Part shown: positions 33,450-42,651 of the stretch, in pieces
Position numbering within the stretch: the stretch's first letter is position 1
How the letters are laid out: the number at the start of each line of letters is the position of its first letter
Origin: Candidatus Zipacnadia bacterium
GTDB lineage: Bacteria > Armatimonadota > Zipacnadia > Zipacnadales > UBA11051
Reading direction: 5' to 3'
NCBI GenBank assembly: GCA_029821145.1
Contig: JALGTY010000003.1
Span: forward strand, 1,682-50,756
Length of the DNA stretch: 49,075 nt
Program-made: the position numbers and the translations under genes
Notes under the pieces: generated by a model
The model's input: the letters and a program-made list of their open reading frames with translations, nothing else
What the model was told of the DNA's origin: nothing
The model's database searches: none

Positions 33450-36428
33450 GTGACACAGCCATCGAAGAGGGTTTGGTACGGTATTGCCGTCATTATCGGC
33501 TTGATTCTGATCCAGAAGCTGTTCATCTTATACACCGACTACCTGTGGTTTGGGGCTCTGGATCAAGGCCCAATATTCATGACGATTCTTAAGTCACGGA
33601 TACTGCTGGCACTGCTGTTCGGAATCCCGTTTTTTGTCTGGCTCTACGGCAACGCTCGCCTGGCACGCAGGCCCTTGCCCAAGGATGTAACTCTGATCGG
33701 CAGACGCCTGCTGCCAGAGGAAGAGAGACAGCAGATTGAGCAGTACGCCGACCGCGCCATCTTCATTTTCTGCCTCATAGGTGCGCTGATGGTAGCCGCG
33801 GTTGCCGCCGCGCAGTGGCGTGAATGGCTGCAGTTCCTCAACGCCGTGCCGTTTTCCAGTGCAGGCCTCCACAACGACCCGCTGTTCGACAAGGATGCGG
33901 GCTTTTATGTGTTCAAGCTGTCCTTCATACTCTACCTGTGGCGCTCAGTGTTTTATGCCATAGTTATTGCCCTGGTCGTAAGCGTGCTGGTCCACCTTTA
34001 TCAGGAAGCCATCAGGATAGTCGGCAACGTGGTGCACGCCATACCTCGGGCCCGCATCCACGTGCTTTCGCTCTTGGCTCTGGCGTTTTTTGCCAAGATA
34101 TACTCCTATCGGCTGATGCAGTACAGTCTGGTCTATTCGACGCACGGCAAGGTCTTCTTCGGCGCCTCTTACGCCGACGTGCATGCCCGACTGCCGTTGA
34201 TGATGGTGCTGATGATTATGTGTGGCTTGGCCGGCATTGCGTGTCTGCTCAGTTTCCGCGGGCGCTCGCTAACCGTGCCGGGAGGGGCGCTGGCGGCCGT
34301 ACTACTGGTGTCAATCCTGGGCGGGTGGGCGTACCCGCTGAGCATCCAGAAGCTGGTGGTCGGCCCCAACGAGCTCGAGCGGGAGCGGCCCTTCATTGAA
34401 TACAACATCAAGGCCACGAATCTCGCCTATAAGACCGCCGATGTGGTTGACAAGCCGCATGCCGTCACCTCCGACCTGAACTGGGATGACATTAACGACA
34501 ACGCCGCCACCATCTACAATATCAGGCTCTGGGACCATCGTCCGCTGGAGACCTCCTATCAGCAGATGCAGGCGTTGCGTCAGTACTACCAGTTCGCCGA
34601 TGTGGACGTTGACCGTTACGAGATTAACGGCGAGGTCCGGCAGGTGATGTTGTCGGCCAGGCAGTTGGCTTACGACCGCCTGAGCCCGACCTGGGTCAAC
34701 CGCCATCTCCTATACACACACGGCTACGGTCTTACCATGTCACCGGTGGCTGAGGTGACCAAGAAGGGACAGCCGGTCTATTGGATCAAGGACCTGCCGC
34801 CGGTCTCGCCGATAGGCCTTCATGTCAAACGACCGGCTCTCTACTACACCGCCAGTTGGCACCCCAGGCTTATCGAACGAATAGCTCCGCCGGAATTCAT
34901 CCGCGATGAGGCACAGGAACGAGCGGCGGCGCGCCCGCTTGAAGAGCCTGAAGGAGCCCCAGGACAGCCAGGCGCCGGTCAGGGCACACCGCAGCCTCGG
35001 CCGGCGGCGGGCCAGTGGCACGGCACAGATGCAGGAAGCGTTCCGCTCTTCGTCCTGGGCAATACCAAGGCTAACGAGCTTGACTATCCGCAAGTCAGCG
35101 ATGAAGAAGGGGAGGCGAACGCCTATACCCATTACTCCGGAACCGGTGGCGTGCAGTTGACAGGCATCTGGCGCAAGTTGGCCTTCGCCATCCGTTTCAG
35201 CCTCAGCCGCCACTACCAGATACTGTTCACCGACTCCATCACACCCGAAAGCCGGCTGATGATGTACCGCGAGTTGCCGGAACGCCTCACAGCCCTGGCA
35301 CCGTTCCTCATGTATGACCCCGACCCCTACCTGATGGTTGATGACGCCGGCGAGCTGAAGTGGATCTGCGACGCCTACACCGTATCAAACATGTACCCGT
35401 ATTCGGCCCGCATCACGTGGTCCGGCAACTACGTGCGCAACTCGGTGAAGGTTGTTGTTGACGCTTATGAGGGCAGGCCGCAATACTACATCGTGGACCC
35501 ACAAGACCCGATGGTGCAGTGCTATCAGAAGATCTTCCCCACTCTGTTCAGGGACTTCAGCCAGATGGAGGCTTCAGTCAAGGACCATCTGCGCTACCCG
35601 CAGTTGCTATTCCGCATCCAGGCAGGCATCTACGCCAAGTATCACCAGAAGAACCCGCAGACCTTTTACCAGGCCGAAGACGAGTGGGCAGTCCCGCCCG
35701 AGGTATATGCCGACAGCTACCGCGAAGTCGAGGCCTACTACCAGGTCATGAAGCTCCCGGGCGAGGAGAAAGAAGAATTCCTGCTTATGCTGCCCCTTGT
35801 TCTGGCCAAGTTTGAGCGCAGGAACATGGTGGCATGGATGGCGGCGCGTTGCGACGCCGAAAATTACGGCGAACTGGTCGTCTATCGCTTCCCGAAAAAG
35901 CAACTGGTCTTCGGGCCGATGCAATTTGAGGCATTTGTTGACAATGACCCGGAGCTGTCGGAGCTGATGACATTGTGGGGGCAGTCCGGGTCGCAGGTAA
36001 TTCGCGGCAACGTGCTGGCTATCCCCGTAGCCGACACTCTGCTTTACGTAGAGCCAATTTATCTTGAGTCAACTGACAGCCCGATTCCTGAACTGCGCCT
36101 CGTGGTGCTGATGCACGGCGATAAGTTGGTACAGGCCCCGACGTTGGACAAAGCACTGGCGAAGCTGCTCGGTCGCGACGGTGTGAGGAAGCGCCCCGCG
36201 CCAGGCGTCGAGCCGCCAGCCGAGCCCGCTGAAGTGACTGCTCCAGCGGCCGCAGTGGCAGTATCCGCCGACGAGCTCGCCACGCTGCGCAGCCTGCTCA
36301 AGCAGGTAATTGAAATGGACAAGGAAGCTGAGGCCTACCTCACGCAGGGAGACCTGGGCAAGTACCGCGACAAGCAGCAGGAGCAGGGGGATCTGCTGGA
36401 AAAGGCATGGCAGGAGCTGGAGCAATAA
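33450..36428 (+). CDS. UPF0182-family large membrane protein
   Basis: 992-aa ORF. GTG 33450 lies 9 nt after AGGAGG. The N-terminal TM bundle (YTDYLWFGALD) and large extracytoplasmic region fit the family, and there is a low-complexity Pro/Gly/Gln insert. Confidence 0.85.
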   Translation: MTQPSKRVWYGIAVIIGLILIQKLFILYTDYLWFGALDQGPIFMTILKSRILLALLFGIPFFVWLYGNARLARRPLPKDVTLIGRRLLPEEERQQIEQYADRAIFIFCLIGALMVAAVAAAQWREWLQFLNAVPFSSAGLHNDPLFDKDAGFYVFKLSFILYLWRSVFYAIVIALVVSVLVHLYQEAIRIVGNVVHAIPRARIHVLSLLALAFFAKIYSYRLMQYSLVYSTHGKVFFGASYADVHARLPLMMVLMIMCGLAGIACLLSFRGRSLTVPGGALAAVLLVSILGGWAYPLSIQKLVVGPNELERERPFIEYNIKATNLAYKTADVVDKPHAVTSDLNWDDINDNAATIYNIRLWDHRPLETSYQQMQALRQYYQFADVDVDRYEINGEVRQVMLSARQLAYDRLSPTWVNRHLLYTHGYGLTMSPVAEVTKKGQPVYWIKDLPPVSPIGLHVKRPALYYTASWHPRLIERIAPPEFIRDEAQERAAARPLEEPEGAPGQPGAGQGTPQPRPAAGQWHGTDAGSVPLFVLGNTKANELDYPQVSDEEGEANAYTHYSGTGGVQLTGIWRKLAFAIRFSLSRHYQILFTDSITPESRLMMYRELPERLTALAPFLMYDPDPYLMVDDAGELKWICDAYTVSNMYPYSARITWSGNYVRNSVKVVVDAYEGRPQYYIVDPQDPMVQCYQKIFPTLFRDFSQMEASVKDHLRYPQLLFRIQAGIYAKYHQKNPQTFYQAEDEWAVPPEVYADSYREVEAYYQVMKLPGEEKEEFLLMLPLVLAKFERRNMVAWMAARCDAENYGELVVYRFPKKQLVFGPMQFEAFVDNDPELSELMTLWGQSGSQVIRGNVLAIPVADTLLYVEPIYLESTDSPIPELRLVVLMHGDKLVQAPTLDKALAKLLGRDGVRKRPAPGVEPPAEPAEVTAPAAAVAVSADELATLRSLLKQVIEMDKEAEAYLTQGDLGKYRDKQQEQGDLLEKAWQELEQ

Positions 36429-36464
36429 GACAGCCTCCCGATGCTTGAAGGAAAAGATCTGATC

Positions 36465-36493
36465 GGGCGACAATTATGATATTGTCGCCCTTT
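36465..36493 (+). terminator. candidate intrinsic terminator after the UPF0182 gene
   Basis: gggcgacaat / attgtcgccc forms a perfect 10-bp stem with the loop tatgat, followed by only TTT. Confidence 0.45.
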
Positions 36494-36533
36494 CGCTACG
36501 TACGGAACTATCACCAAGGGTGCAGACATCACG

Positions 36534-37223
36534 ATGGATACAGGCATTGACTTGAGCAACATTGAGGCCGTCGTCTTTGACTTCGACGGCACGCTGGCCG
36601 AGACCAGGATTGACTTCGCCAAGATGCGCCGCCTCACTATCGAGCTCTTGCAGCGCTGGGGCGTGTGGGAAGACGGAATGGCCGAGGACAAGTACGTGCT
36701 GGACATCATCAAGGCGGGCCGCGAGAACTTGGGCTCTGACCCCGAAAAGGTCGCGCAGTTCGAGGCCGAGGCGGACGAGGTCCTGGAGCAGGTGGAGCTC
36801 GAAACATGCGCGACTGCCGAGCCCTTCCCCGGTGTGGTCGAGGCCCTGCAGGAACTCCACGAAAACGGCCTCAAGGTCGGGATCGTCACCAGAAACTGCC
36901 GCGTCGGAGTGGCTTCGGTAACCTCGCGCTACCACCTTTACCATGACCTGCTTTCGACCCGTGATGATGTCACCCGGGTCAAGCCGGACCCGGATCACCT
37001 GGCCCAGGCACTCAAGCAGATCGGTGTGGAGCCGCAGCGGGCGGTTATGATCGGCGATCATATTACGGACGTGCAGGGCGCAGAGGGCCTTGGTGTCATG
37101 ACGATCGGGGTGCTTACGCAGAAGACCACCAGGGAGGAGTTCGAGCAAATCGGCGCCGACGCTGTATTCCCTGACGTGCCGTCCGTAGTTGCGGCGATAA
37201 TCGAAGCGAGGAAGCAACCATGA
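36534..37223 (+). CDS. HAD-superfamily hydrolase (phosphoglycolate phosphatase-like subfamily IA)
   Basis: VVFDFDGTLAET (DxDGT), VTRN, KPDP and GDHITDVQGA motifs. Confidence 0.85.
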   Translation: MDTGIDLSNIEAVVFDFDGTLAETRIDFAKMRRLTIELLQRWGVWEDGMAEDKYVLDIIKAGRENLGSDPEKVAQFEAEADEVLEQVELETCATAEPFPGVVEALQELHENGLKVGIVTRNCRVGVASVTSRYHLYHDLLSTRDDVTRVKPDPDHLAQALKQIGVEPQRAVMIGDHITDVQGAEGLGVMTIGVLTQKTTREEFEQIGADAVFPDVPSVVAAIIEARKQP

Positions 37224-38239
37224 GCGAGGCTCTGCTGCCGGTCGGCAAGCTGGACGCCGCGACGTTGCGCCGGCTGCTGGAAGCGATCCCATGCAACGAC
37301 CCGAGCGTGATTCTGGGTCCTGGCATCGGACGCGATGTGGCCGTGCTTGACAATGGTGCTGCCTCATATCTGCTCGCCAAGACTGACCCGGTCACCTTTG
37401 CCACTGACGCTATCGGCTACTATGTCGTCAACGTCAACGCCAACGATATCGCCACCAGCGGTGGGACGCCGCGCTGGTTCTTGGCCACGGCGTTGCTGCC
37501 CAACAGCGCGGCGACTGAAGAAATGGTCACCGACATATTTGAGCAGATCAGTGCGGCATGCGAGAAGCTGGAGATCACACTTGTCGGCGGCCATACGGAG
37601 GTTACCTACGACCTGGCCCGGCCGATTGTGGTCGGGCAGATGCTCGGAGAGGTGCCCAAAGACCGGCTGATTACTCCGGAGGGGCTGCGGGCCGGCGATC
37701 TCATTGTTGTGACCAAGCAGGCGCCTGTCGAGGGCACGGCGCTGATTGCCCGTGAAAGACCCAACGAGCTGCGGGATGCGGGATTCTCCGAGGAAACGCT
37801 GCAGCGATGTGCACAGATGCTTTTTGAGCCAGGCATATCGGTGCTTGGCGATGCGCAGGTCGCGGTTGCCAACGGCGATGTGCATGCCATGCACGATCCG
37901 ACCGAGGGAGGGCTGGCGACAGGGCTATGGGAGATGGCCGAAGCTGGCGGCGTGGGCCTGAGAATTGATGAAGAGGCGATCCCAGTTCTTGAAGAAGCTC
38001 GGCACATCTGCGAGATATTCGGCCTTGACCCGCTGGGACTTATCGCCTCAGGCAGCTTGCTGGTAGGGTGTGCGGCCGATGATGCTGGCGCTATTGTCGG
38101 GGCCCTGCAGGAGGCAACAATAGCGGCCGCCATAATTGGCGAAGCGATCCCTCTGGATGATGGTGTGAACCTGGTCTGCGGTGGGCAGACTCGCGAGCTG
38201 CCCCGCTTTGACCAGGATGAACTGACAAAGATTATCTGA
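37220..38239 (+). CDS. AIR synthase-related (PurM/HypE/ThiL superfamily) protein
   Basis: LPVGKLDAATLRRLL, GRDVAVLD and VNANDIATSGGTPRW motifs. Its ATG overlaps the HAD stop as ATGA (37220-37223). Confidence 0.75.
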   Translation: MSEALLPVGKLDAATLRRLLEAIPCNDPSVILGPGIGRDVAVLDNGAASYLLAKTDPVTFATDAIGYYVVNVNANDIATSGGTPRWFLATALLPNSAATEEMVTDIFEQISAACEKLEITLVGGHTEVTYDLARPIVVGQMLGEVPKDRLITPEGLRAGDLIVVTKQAPVEGTALIARERPNELRDAGFSEETLQRCAQMLFEPGISVLGDAQVAVANGDVHAMHDPTEGGLATGLWEMAEAGGVGLRIDEEAIPVLEEARHICEIFGLDPLGLIASGSLLVGCAADDAGAIVGALQEATIAAAIIGEAIPLDDGVNLVCGGQTRELPRFDQDELTKII

Positions 38240-38550
38240 TGTAGTTATGCAGGTTTTGGGCAACTCAAGTCGTTGGCCGTTTGGGTGTGGAGACCTTGCG
38301 CTGATAGCGTTCTGCGTGGGCCGGTCTCCCAGCGCACGAAACGACTGTGCGCTGCTCGGCACGGCCCCTCCGAAAGGCAACGCCAGACTCGGGCTGGAAG
38401 CCCGAGCCACGCGACGAGAAAGGGACGGCGAAGGTACCCGACACTGGGCGGGGACAGTCCCCTAGACGCGAAGCCCGAGCTACGGGACAGAAGAATGCTC
38501 TATTGTAGCTAGCTATTACACAAGATCAAATGATCGAAGACGGCGCTGAT

Positions 38551-39399
38551 ATGATGAAAATGAATCGCCCACGGATAGCACGGACGCTCATCCTGCTGCT
38601 CACCTTGGCCGCAGTTGTGGGCAGCAGCTACTGCCTTGCGGCGGATGATGAGCTGGTTTTCGCCGTATTTGGGGACACCCGCCCCGGCCCCAAATATGAG
38701 CGCCTCGACATCACGCGCCAGCTTGTGCAGAGCATGGTACAGCACGACCCCGCTTTCGTGATCGGCACCGGCGACTACATCGAGGGCAGTACCGACCCGC
38801 AGGTTGTGCGCCGGCAGTATTACCGCTTTTTCGAGGCATTGATGCCGCTGAAGACATTCGGTGACATCCCGGTAGCGTTCAGCACCGGCAACCACGACAT
38901 CCGGGGGTCTGCCGCCAACGCGAGGATATTTGAGGAATACTTCCATTCCCGGCGCTACTGCTTCGACCGTGGCAACTGCCATTTCATCATACTCGATAGC
39001 GAGATACCCGGACAGCAAGGGGCCATCAAGGGCGAACAGTGGCAGTGGCTGATCGGTGATCTAGAGCAGGCCAAGGATGCCGATTTCATCTTTGTGACTC
39101 TGCACCGGCCGCTGTTTCCGGTTGACGGCCACCGAGGCTCCTCAATGGATGTGGACATTCCCTTGCGCGACCGGCTGCACGCTTTGTTCGTAAAGCATAA
39201 GGTAAGTGCCGTGTTTGTGGGCCATGAACATCTCTACAACTACTCACGGCGCGACGGCATAGATTATTTCATCACCGGTGGGGGAGGGGCGCCGCTTTAC
39301 GCGAAGCCCGAAGATGGCGGCTTTTACCATTACCTGCTGGTCACCGTGAAGGATGGCAGCTACAAGGTGGCAGTTTACTCCCTCGAAGGCAGGAATTGA
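38551..39399 (+). CDS. secreted calcineurin-like metallophosphoesterase
   Basis: Signal-peptide-like N-terminus, then FGDTRPG, GTGDYIEG, GNHD, LHRP and GHEH motifs. The ORF is open from ATG 38530, and starts at 38551, 38554 or 38560 are all possible. Confidence 0.8.
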   Translation: MMKMNRPRIARTLILLLTLAAVVGSSYCLAADDELVFAVFGDTRPGPKYERLDITRQLVQSMVQHDPAFVIGTGDYIEGSTDPQVVRRQYYRFFEALMPLKTFGDIPVAFSTGNHDIRGSAANARIFEEYFHSRRYCFDRGNCHFIILDSEIPGQQGAIKGEQWQWLIGDLEQAKDADFIFVTLHRPLFPVDGHRGSSMDVDIPLRDRLHALFVKHKVSAVFVGHEHLYNYSRRDGIDYFITGGGGAPLYAKPEDGGFYHYLLVTVKDGSYKVAVYSLEGRN

Positions 39400-39409
39400 A
39401 GGCTCCTGT

Positions 39410-39880
39410 TTAGCCGCCCTTGGTATGCCACTCGAAGGGGATTTCGGGGTCGAAGGGATCCCGGCGCAGTTCGTCGGGGTTCTCTCGGTCATACGGCTCG
39501 GTGGGGATATTGAGCACTACGGCCAGCTCGCCACCCACGGCGGCCATGCCGTGCCACACCAGCGGCGGTATCTGGATCAGCACCGGGTTGAGCTCACCGA
39601 TGACAATAGCTTCCGCCTGGCCGCAGGTGGTGCTATCGGCCCGGTCGTCGAAAAGGCCGATCTTCACGTTGCCACGGATGCAGCAGAAGTGATCCCACTG
39701 TTTTTCGTGGCAGTGCCATGCCTTGACGATTCCGGGGAAACAGGCCGAAACATAGGCCTGGCCAAATTCCATGAACTCCTCGTCGTCTCTCCGCAGTATC
39801 TCCATCACGTATCCGCGGTCGTCAACGTGGCGGGTCAGTGGCTTGATGCGTACACCTTCTATCAACGCCATCACCACCAT
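39410..39880 (-). CDS. small cupin, dTDP-4-dehydrorhamnose 3,5-epimerase (RmlC)-like
   Basis: 156-aa ORF. DDRGYVMEI and KAWHCHEKQWDHFCCIRGNVKIGLFDDR are analogous to the RmlC core strands. Confidence 0.6.
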   Translation of the reverse strand: MVVMALIEGVRIKPLTRHVDDRGYVMEILRRDDEEFMEFGQAYVSACFPGIVKAWHCHEKQWDHFCCIRGNVKIGLFDDRADSTTCGQAEAIVIGELNPVLIQIPPLVWHGMAAVGGELAVVLNIPTEPYDRENPDELRRDPFDPEIPFEWHTKGG

Positions 39881-39919
39881 TCGTGAGACTATAACCTGTA
39901 TGCGGCCAGGCCGGTGCCC

Positions 39920-41275
39920 TCAGTTAGCCGGCATTTGTACCCCGATTGCATGGTGCGCGAAGTACTCTTCGGCGGCCTTGACGACCTCGTCTGCCGAAAT
40001 TGAAGCGACAATTGTTGGGAAGTCGGCATTGAGCTGGGGGTCGCCGCCGAACAGCGCATTGAGGTTGACAAGCTGCGCCCGGGACAGATATGTCTCACAG
40101 GCCAGCGCGTACTGGTTGATAAGCTGGTCTTTGGCGGCCTGCAGTTCCTGCTCGCTGAATTGGCCCTGCCGTATCGCCTCAATATGTCCCAGGACCTGGA
40201 CGCGCGCGTCCTCGATGAACGCCGGATTCGCCACGATGTGCACTGCGATAACTGGCATGCTCATGGGGCTGGGAGGGATGATCTGGAAGGGCGGCTGCTC
40301 CTCGTAGAGCCTGCGCGGCAGCATCAGCCCGAAGCCTCGCTGCAGCATCTGATCGCCGGTCAGCCGCCCATCGGTGCCGGCCAGCAGCATGTACGCAACC
40401 TGACCGGCGGTGAACCCGCGCGTGCCATACGGCGGCAGGGGAACGCCGATGATAAGCGAGGCCCAAGCCATGCCCTCGCTACTGCCCACACGGACGACTG
40501 ACTCGGCGGGCGGGCTGACGGCTCGGGTCACATGTTCCTCGCCGGCTGCCTTGTAGTCTTCGAAGGCCTGCTCAACGATGGCGATGACCTCCTCAGTGGG
40601 CAGCGCCGAGACCACGGTCAAGTATGCTCGCGACGGAACGTACGCTCTGGCGCGGCAACTGGCGATGTCACTCGTCGTGGTTCCCGCAATTCCTGTCAGT
40701 ATCGTTGAGACATCATAGGCAAGCGGCGACTTGCCCAATAGCGCGCGTTCGAACAGCCGAAAGGTCTGCTGGCCGACGGCGTTAAGAGAATCTTCGTAGC
40801 TGCTTACGATTGACGCCTTCGCATCGGCAAGCTGCTCGCCGCTGAACTGTTGGGGGCCGAAGAACAGCTCCCCCGTAGCTTGCAGCGCCTGTGGCAGCAG
40901 TTCCGAGGGCAAAGACGCCTGGGCCTCGACATATTCGTCATCAGTGCCGATTGCAACGCTGCCGCCGGCGCTGACAGCATCGTAGATGTTGGATAGTTTT
41001 CCTGCCTCCGCCACCGCCACTTTGAGTCTATCGAGCATCAACTGCTGGATGATCTCGGTGATGCCGGCCTGCTGTTTTGGGAAGTCGGCGGGGCTGAGTT
41101 CGAGCGCGAGGTGGTAGGCTGCGAGGTCGGTCAGCGGGTCGTGAACGACGCTCAGATGCAGGCCGTTCGGGAGAGTCTTCTGCGTGATCAGGTCCTGCTG
41201 CGCGGCATCTGTTTTGAGTGCCGGCACGCTGGTGAGCAATAGTAGAGCCACTGCTGTCAGGAAGCGGCGGGACAA
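39920..41275 (-). CDS. M16-family (pitrilysin-like) peptidase, non-catalytic partner, signal peptide
   Basis: 451-aa ORF with M16 architecture but no HxxEH motif. It overlaps the upstream M16 gene by 19 nt. Confidence 0.78.
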   Translation of the reverse strand: MSRRFLTAVALLLLTSVPALKTDAAQQDLITQKTLPNGLHLSVVHDPLTDLAAYHLALELSPADFPKQQAGITEIIQQLMLDRLKVAVAEAGKLSNIYDAVSAGGSVAIGTDDEYVEAQASLPSELLPQALQATGELFFGPQQFSGEQLADAKASIVSSYEDSLNAVGQQTFRLFERALLGKSPLAYDVSTILTGIAGTTTSDIASCRARAYVPSRAYLTVVSALPTEEVIAIVEQAFEDYKAAGEEHVTRAVSPPAESVVRVGSSEGMAWASLIIGVPLPPYGTRGFTAGQVAYMLLAGTDGRLTGDQMLQRGFGLMLPRRLYEEQPPFQIIPPSPMSMPVIAVHIVANPAFIEDARVQVLGHIEAIRQGQFSEQELQAAKDQLINQYALACETYLSRAQLVNLNALFGGDPQLNADFPTIVASISADEVVKAAEEYFAHHAIGVQMPAN

Positions 41276-42630
41276 AGCAGCTTCACCTCCTGGGCCGGGG
41301 GCGCATCTTTTTCCCGGCGCAAAATCACCAGGCTGTAGCTACCGGCCTGGAACATATTGCGCGCAACGGCCTGGATATCGTCAACGGTAACTAGATTCAC
41401 GCGGTCAATGTATTCGATCGCGAACTCGTAGGTGTCAATCCCTTCGTAGAAGCCCATGGACATGACCTGGCCGGCATAGCTTTCGTTGCCGAAGGCATAT
41501 TCGGTCCGCAACAGCAGCTTGGCGCGCGCTAGTTCCTGCTCAGTAACCTTCTCATTTACCAGCCGCTCAACCTGCTCCAGGATCGCCTTGCGCACTGCCA
41601 GCTCGTTCTTCTCCAGCACTGCCGCGCGAATCACCAACAGCCCTGGATGTTGCTGTGTCAGATAGGTTATATTGACATTGGAGGCCCATTGGTTCTCTTC
41701 GACAAGCACCTTGTGAAGCCGGCCGGTATTTTTCTGGCCCAGGATAATGTATATCAGGTCGGTGGCGCAGATATTCGCCTTGTCAGGCATCCCCGGAGCA
41801 TGCCAGGCATAGGCCACAGCCGTTATCTCGCTGTCGCGGGTGGTTATGTGCTTGCGCACCTTGCTCTGCGCTGTCTCCCGAGCTGGCTCTGTCCAGTCTA
41901 TCGTCTTGGCCTTGTAGTTGGCCACAAGCTGCTGGACGCGGCTAAACAGCCAGTCCGTATCAACGCCGCCTACCACAACCAGCGACATATTGTTAGGCAC
42001 ATAGAAGGTGTTATAGAAGTCGCGGACCCTTGCCACAGTCAGCTTGCGCACGTCCTGGACTGTGCCGCCGATGGGACGCCCGTAGGGATGGTTTTCGAAT
42101 GCCAGGTCCCACAGCGCAAAGGCCATCGTCCCGGAGGCACCCTCCGTAGTGTCGCGGATCTCGCGGCACACGACCTGCTGTTCGTGAACCACGGCTGCTT
42201 CCTCGAATTCGGCCTCAAACACCGTCCGCACGAGCCGCTCAAGGGCCGTTTCCACGTAGCTGTTGGCGACGGTTATGTCCACATGCGTAAAGTCGCGGCC
42301 GGTGTATGCGACCATGCGCCCGCCGATCCCTTCGATGTACCCAGCGACCTTGGCTTCTCCCTCTGCAGGTTCGGCCTCGAAGAGCAGGTGCTCGACCAGA
42401 TGCGCCGCTCCAACCTGGTCATCGGCTTCGTGCAGGCTTCCGGCCTTGATATACATCCCCATAGCCACGACTGGCCACGTGCGCTCCTCCTTGACCACAA
42501 CGCGCAAGCCGTTGTCCAGGACTTTCAGCTTGACATTATCGCCGCCGACGACGGGCGCCGCCTGGGCCGCGGCCGACCAGACAACCGCGACGACAAGGCC
42601 AATCACGGTCGCAACTTTGCGTGAACTCAT
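41257..42630 (-). CDS. M16-family zinc peptidase (catalytic, HxxEH), signal peptide
   Basis: 457-aa ORF with GAAHLVEHLLFE (HLVEH) and an N-terminal signal sequence. Confidence 0.85.
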   Translation of the reverse strand: MSSRKVATVIGLVVAVVWSAAAQAAPVVGGDNVKLKVLDNGLRVVVKEERTWPVVAMGMYIKAGSLHEADDQVGAAHLVEHLLFEAEPAEGEAKVAGYIEGIGGRMVAYTGRDFTHVDITVANSYVETALERLVRTVFEAEFEEAAVVHEQQVVCREIRDTTEGASGTMAFALWDLAFENHPYGRPIGGTVQDVRKLTVARVRDFYNTFYVPNNMSLVVVGGVDTDWLFSRVQQLVANYKAKTIDWTEPARETAQSKVRKHITTRDSEITAVAYAWHAPGMPDKANICATDLIYIILGQKNTGRLHKVLVEENQWASNVNITYLTQQHPGLLVIRAAVLEKNELAVRKAILEQVERLVNEKVTEQELARAKLLLRTEYAFGNESYAGQVMSMGFYEGIDTYEFAIEYIDRVNLVTVDDIQAVARNMFQAGSYSLVILRREKDAPPAQEVKLLCPAAS

Positions 42631-42651
42631 CGTTTCTTTCCCTGGTTTTTC

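Noticed and set aside
36474-37367. 297-aa ORF antisense to the HAD gene and the start of the AIR-synthase-like gene.
   Set aside because: This is a shadow ORF of GC-rich coding DNA. It is Arg/Leu/Pro-rich and has no recognisable motifs, while the sense-strand genes have clear family signatures.
38247-38512. 72-aa and 79-aa plus-strand ORFs between the AIR-synthase-like and metallophosphoesterase genes.
   Set aside because: They cross the hairpin and repeat modules, have no RBS, and show Arg/Gly/Pro-rich composition.
41647-42624. 325-aa ORF antisense to the catalytic M16 peptidase.
   Set aside because: Same reasoning. The HxxEH peptidase on the minus strand explains the region.
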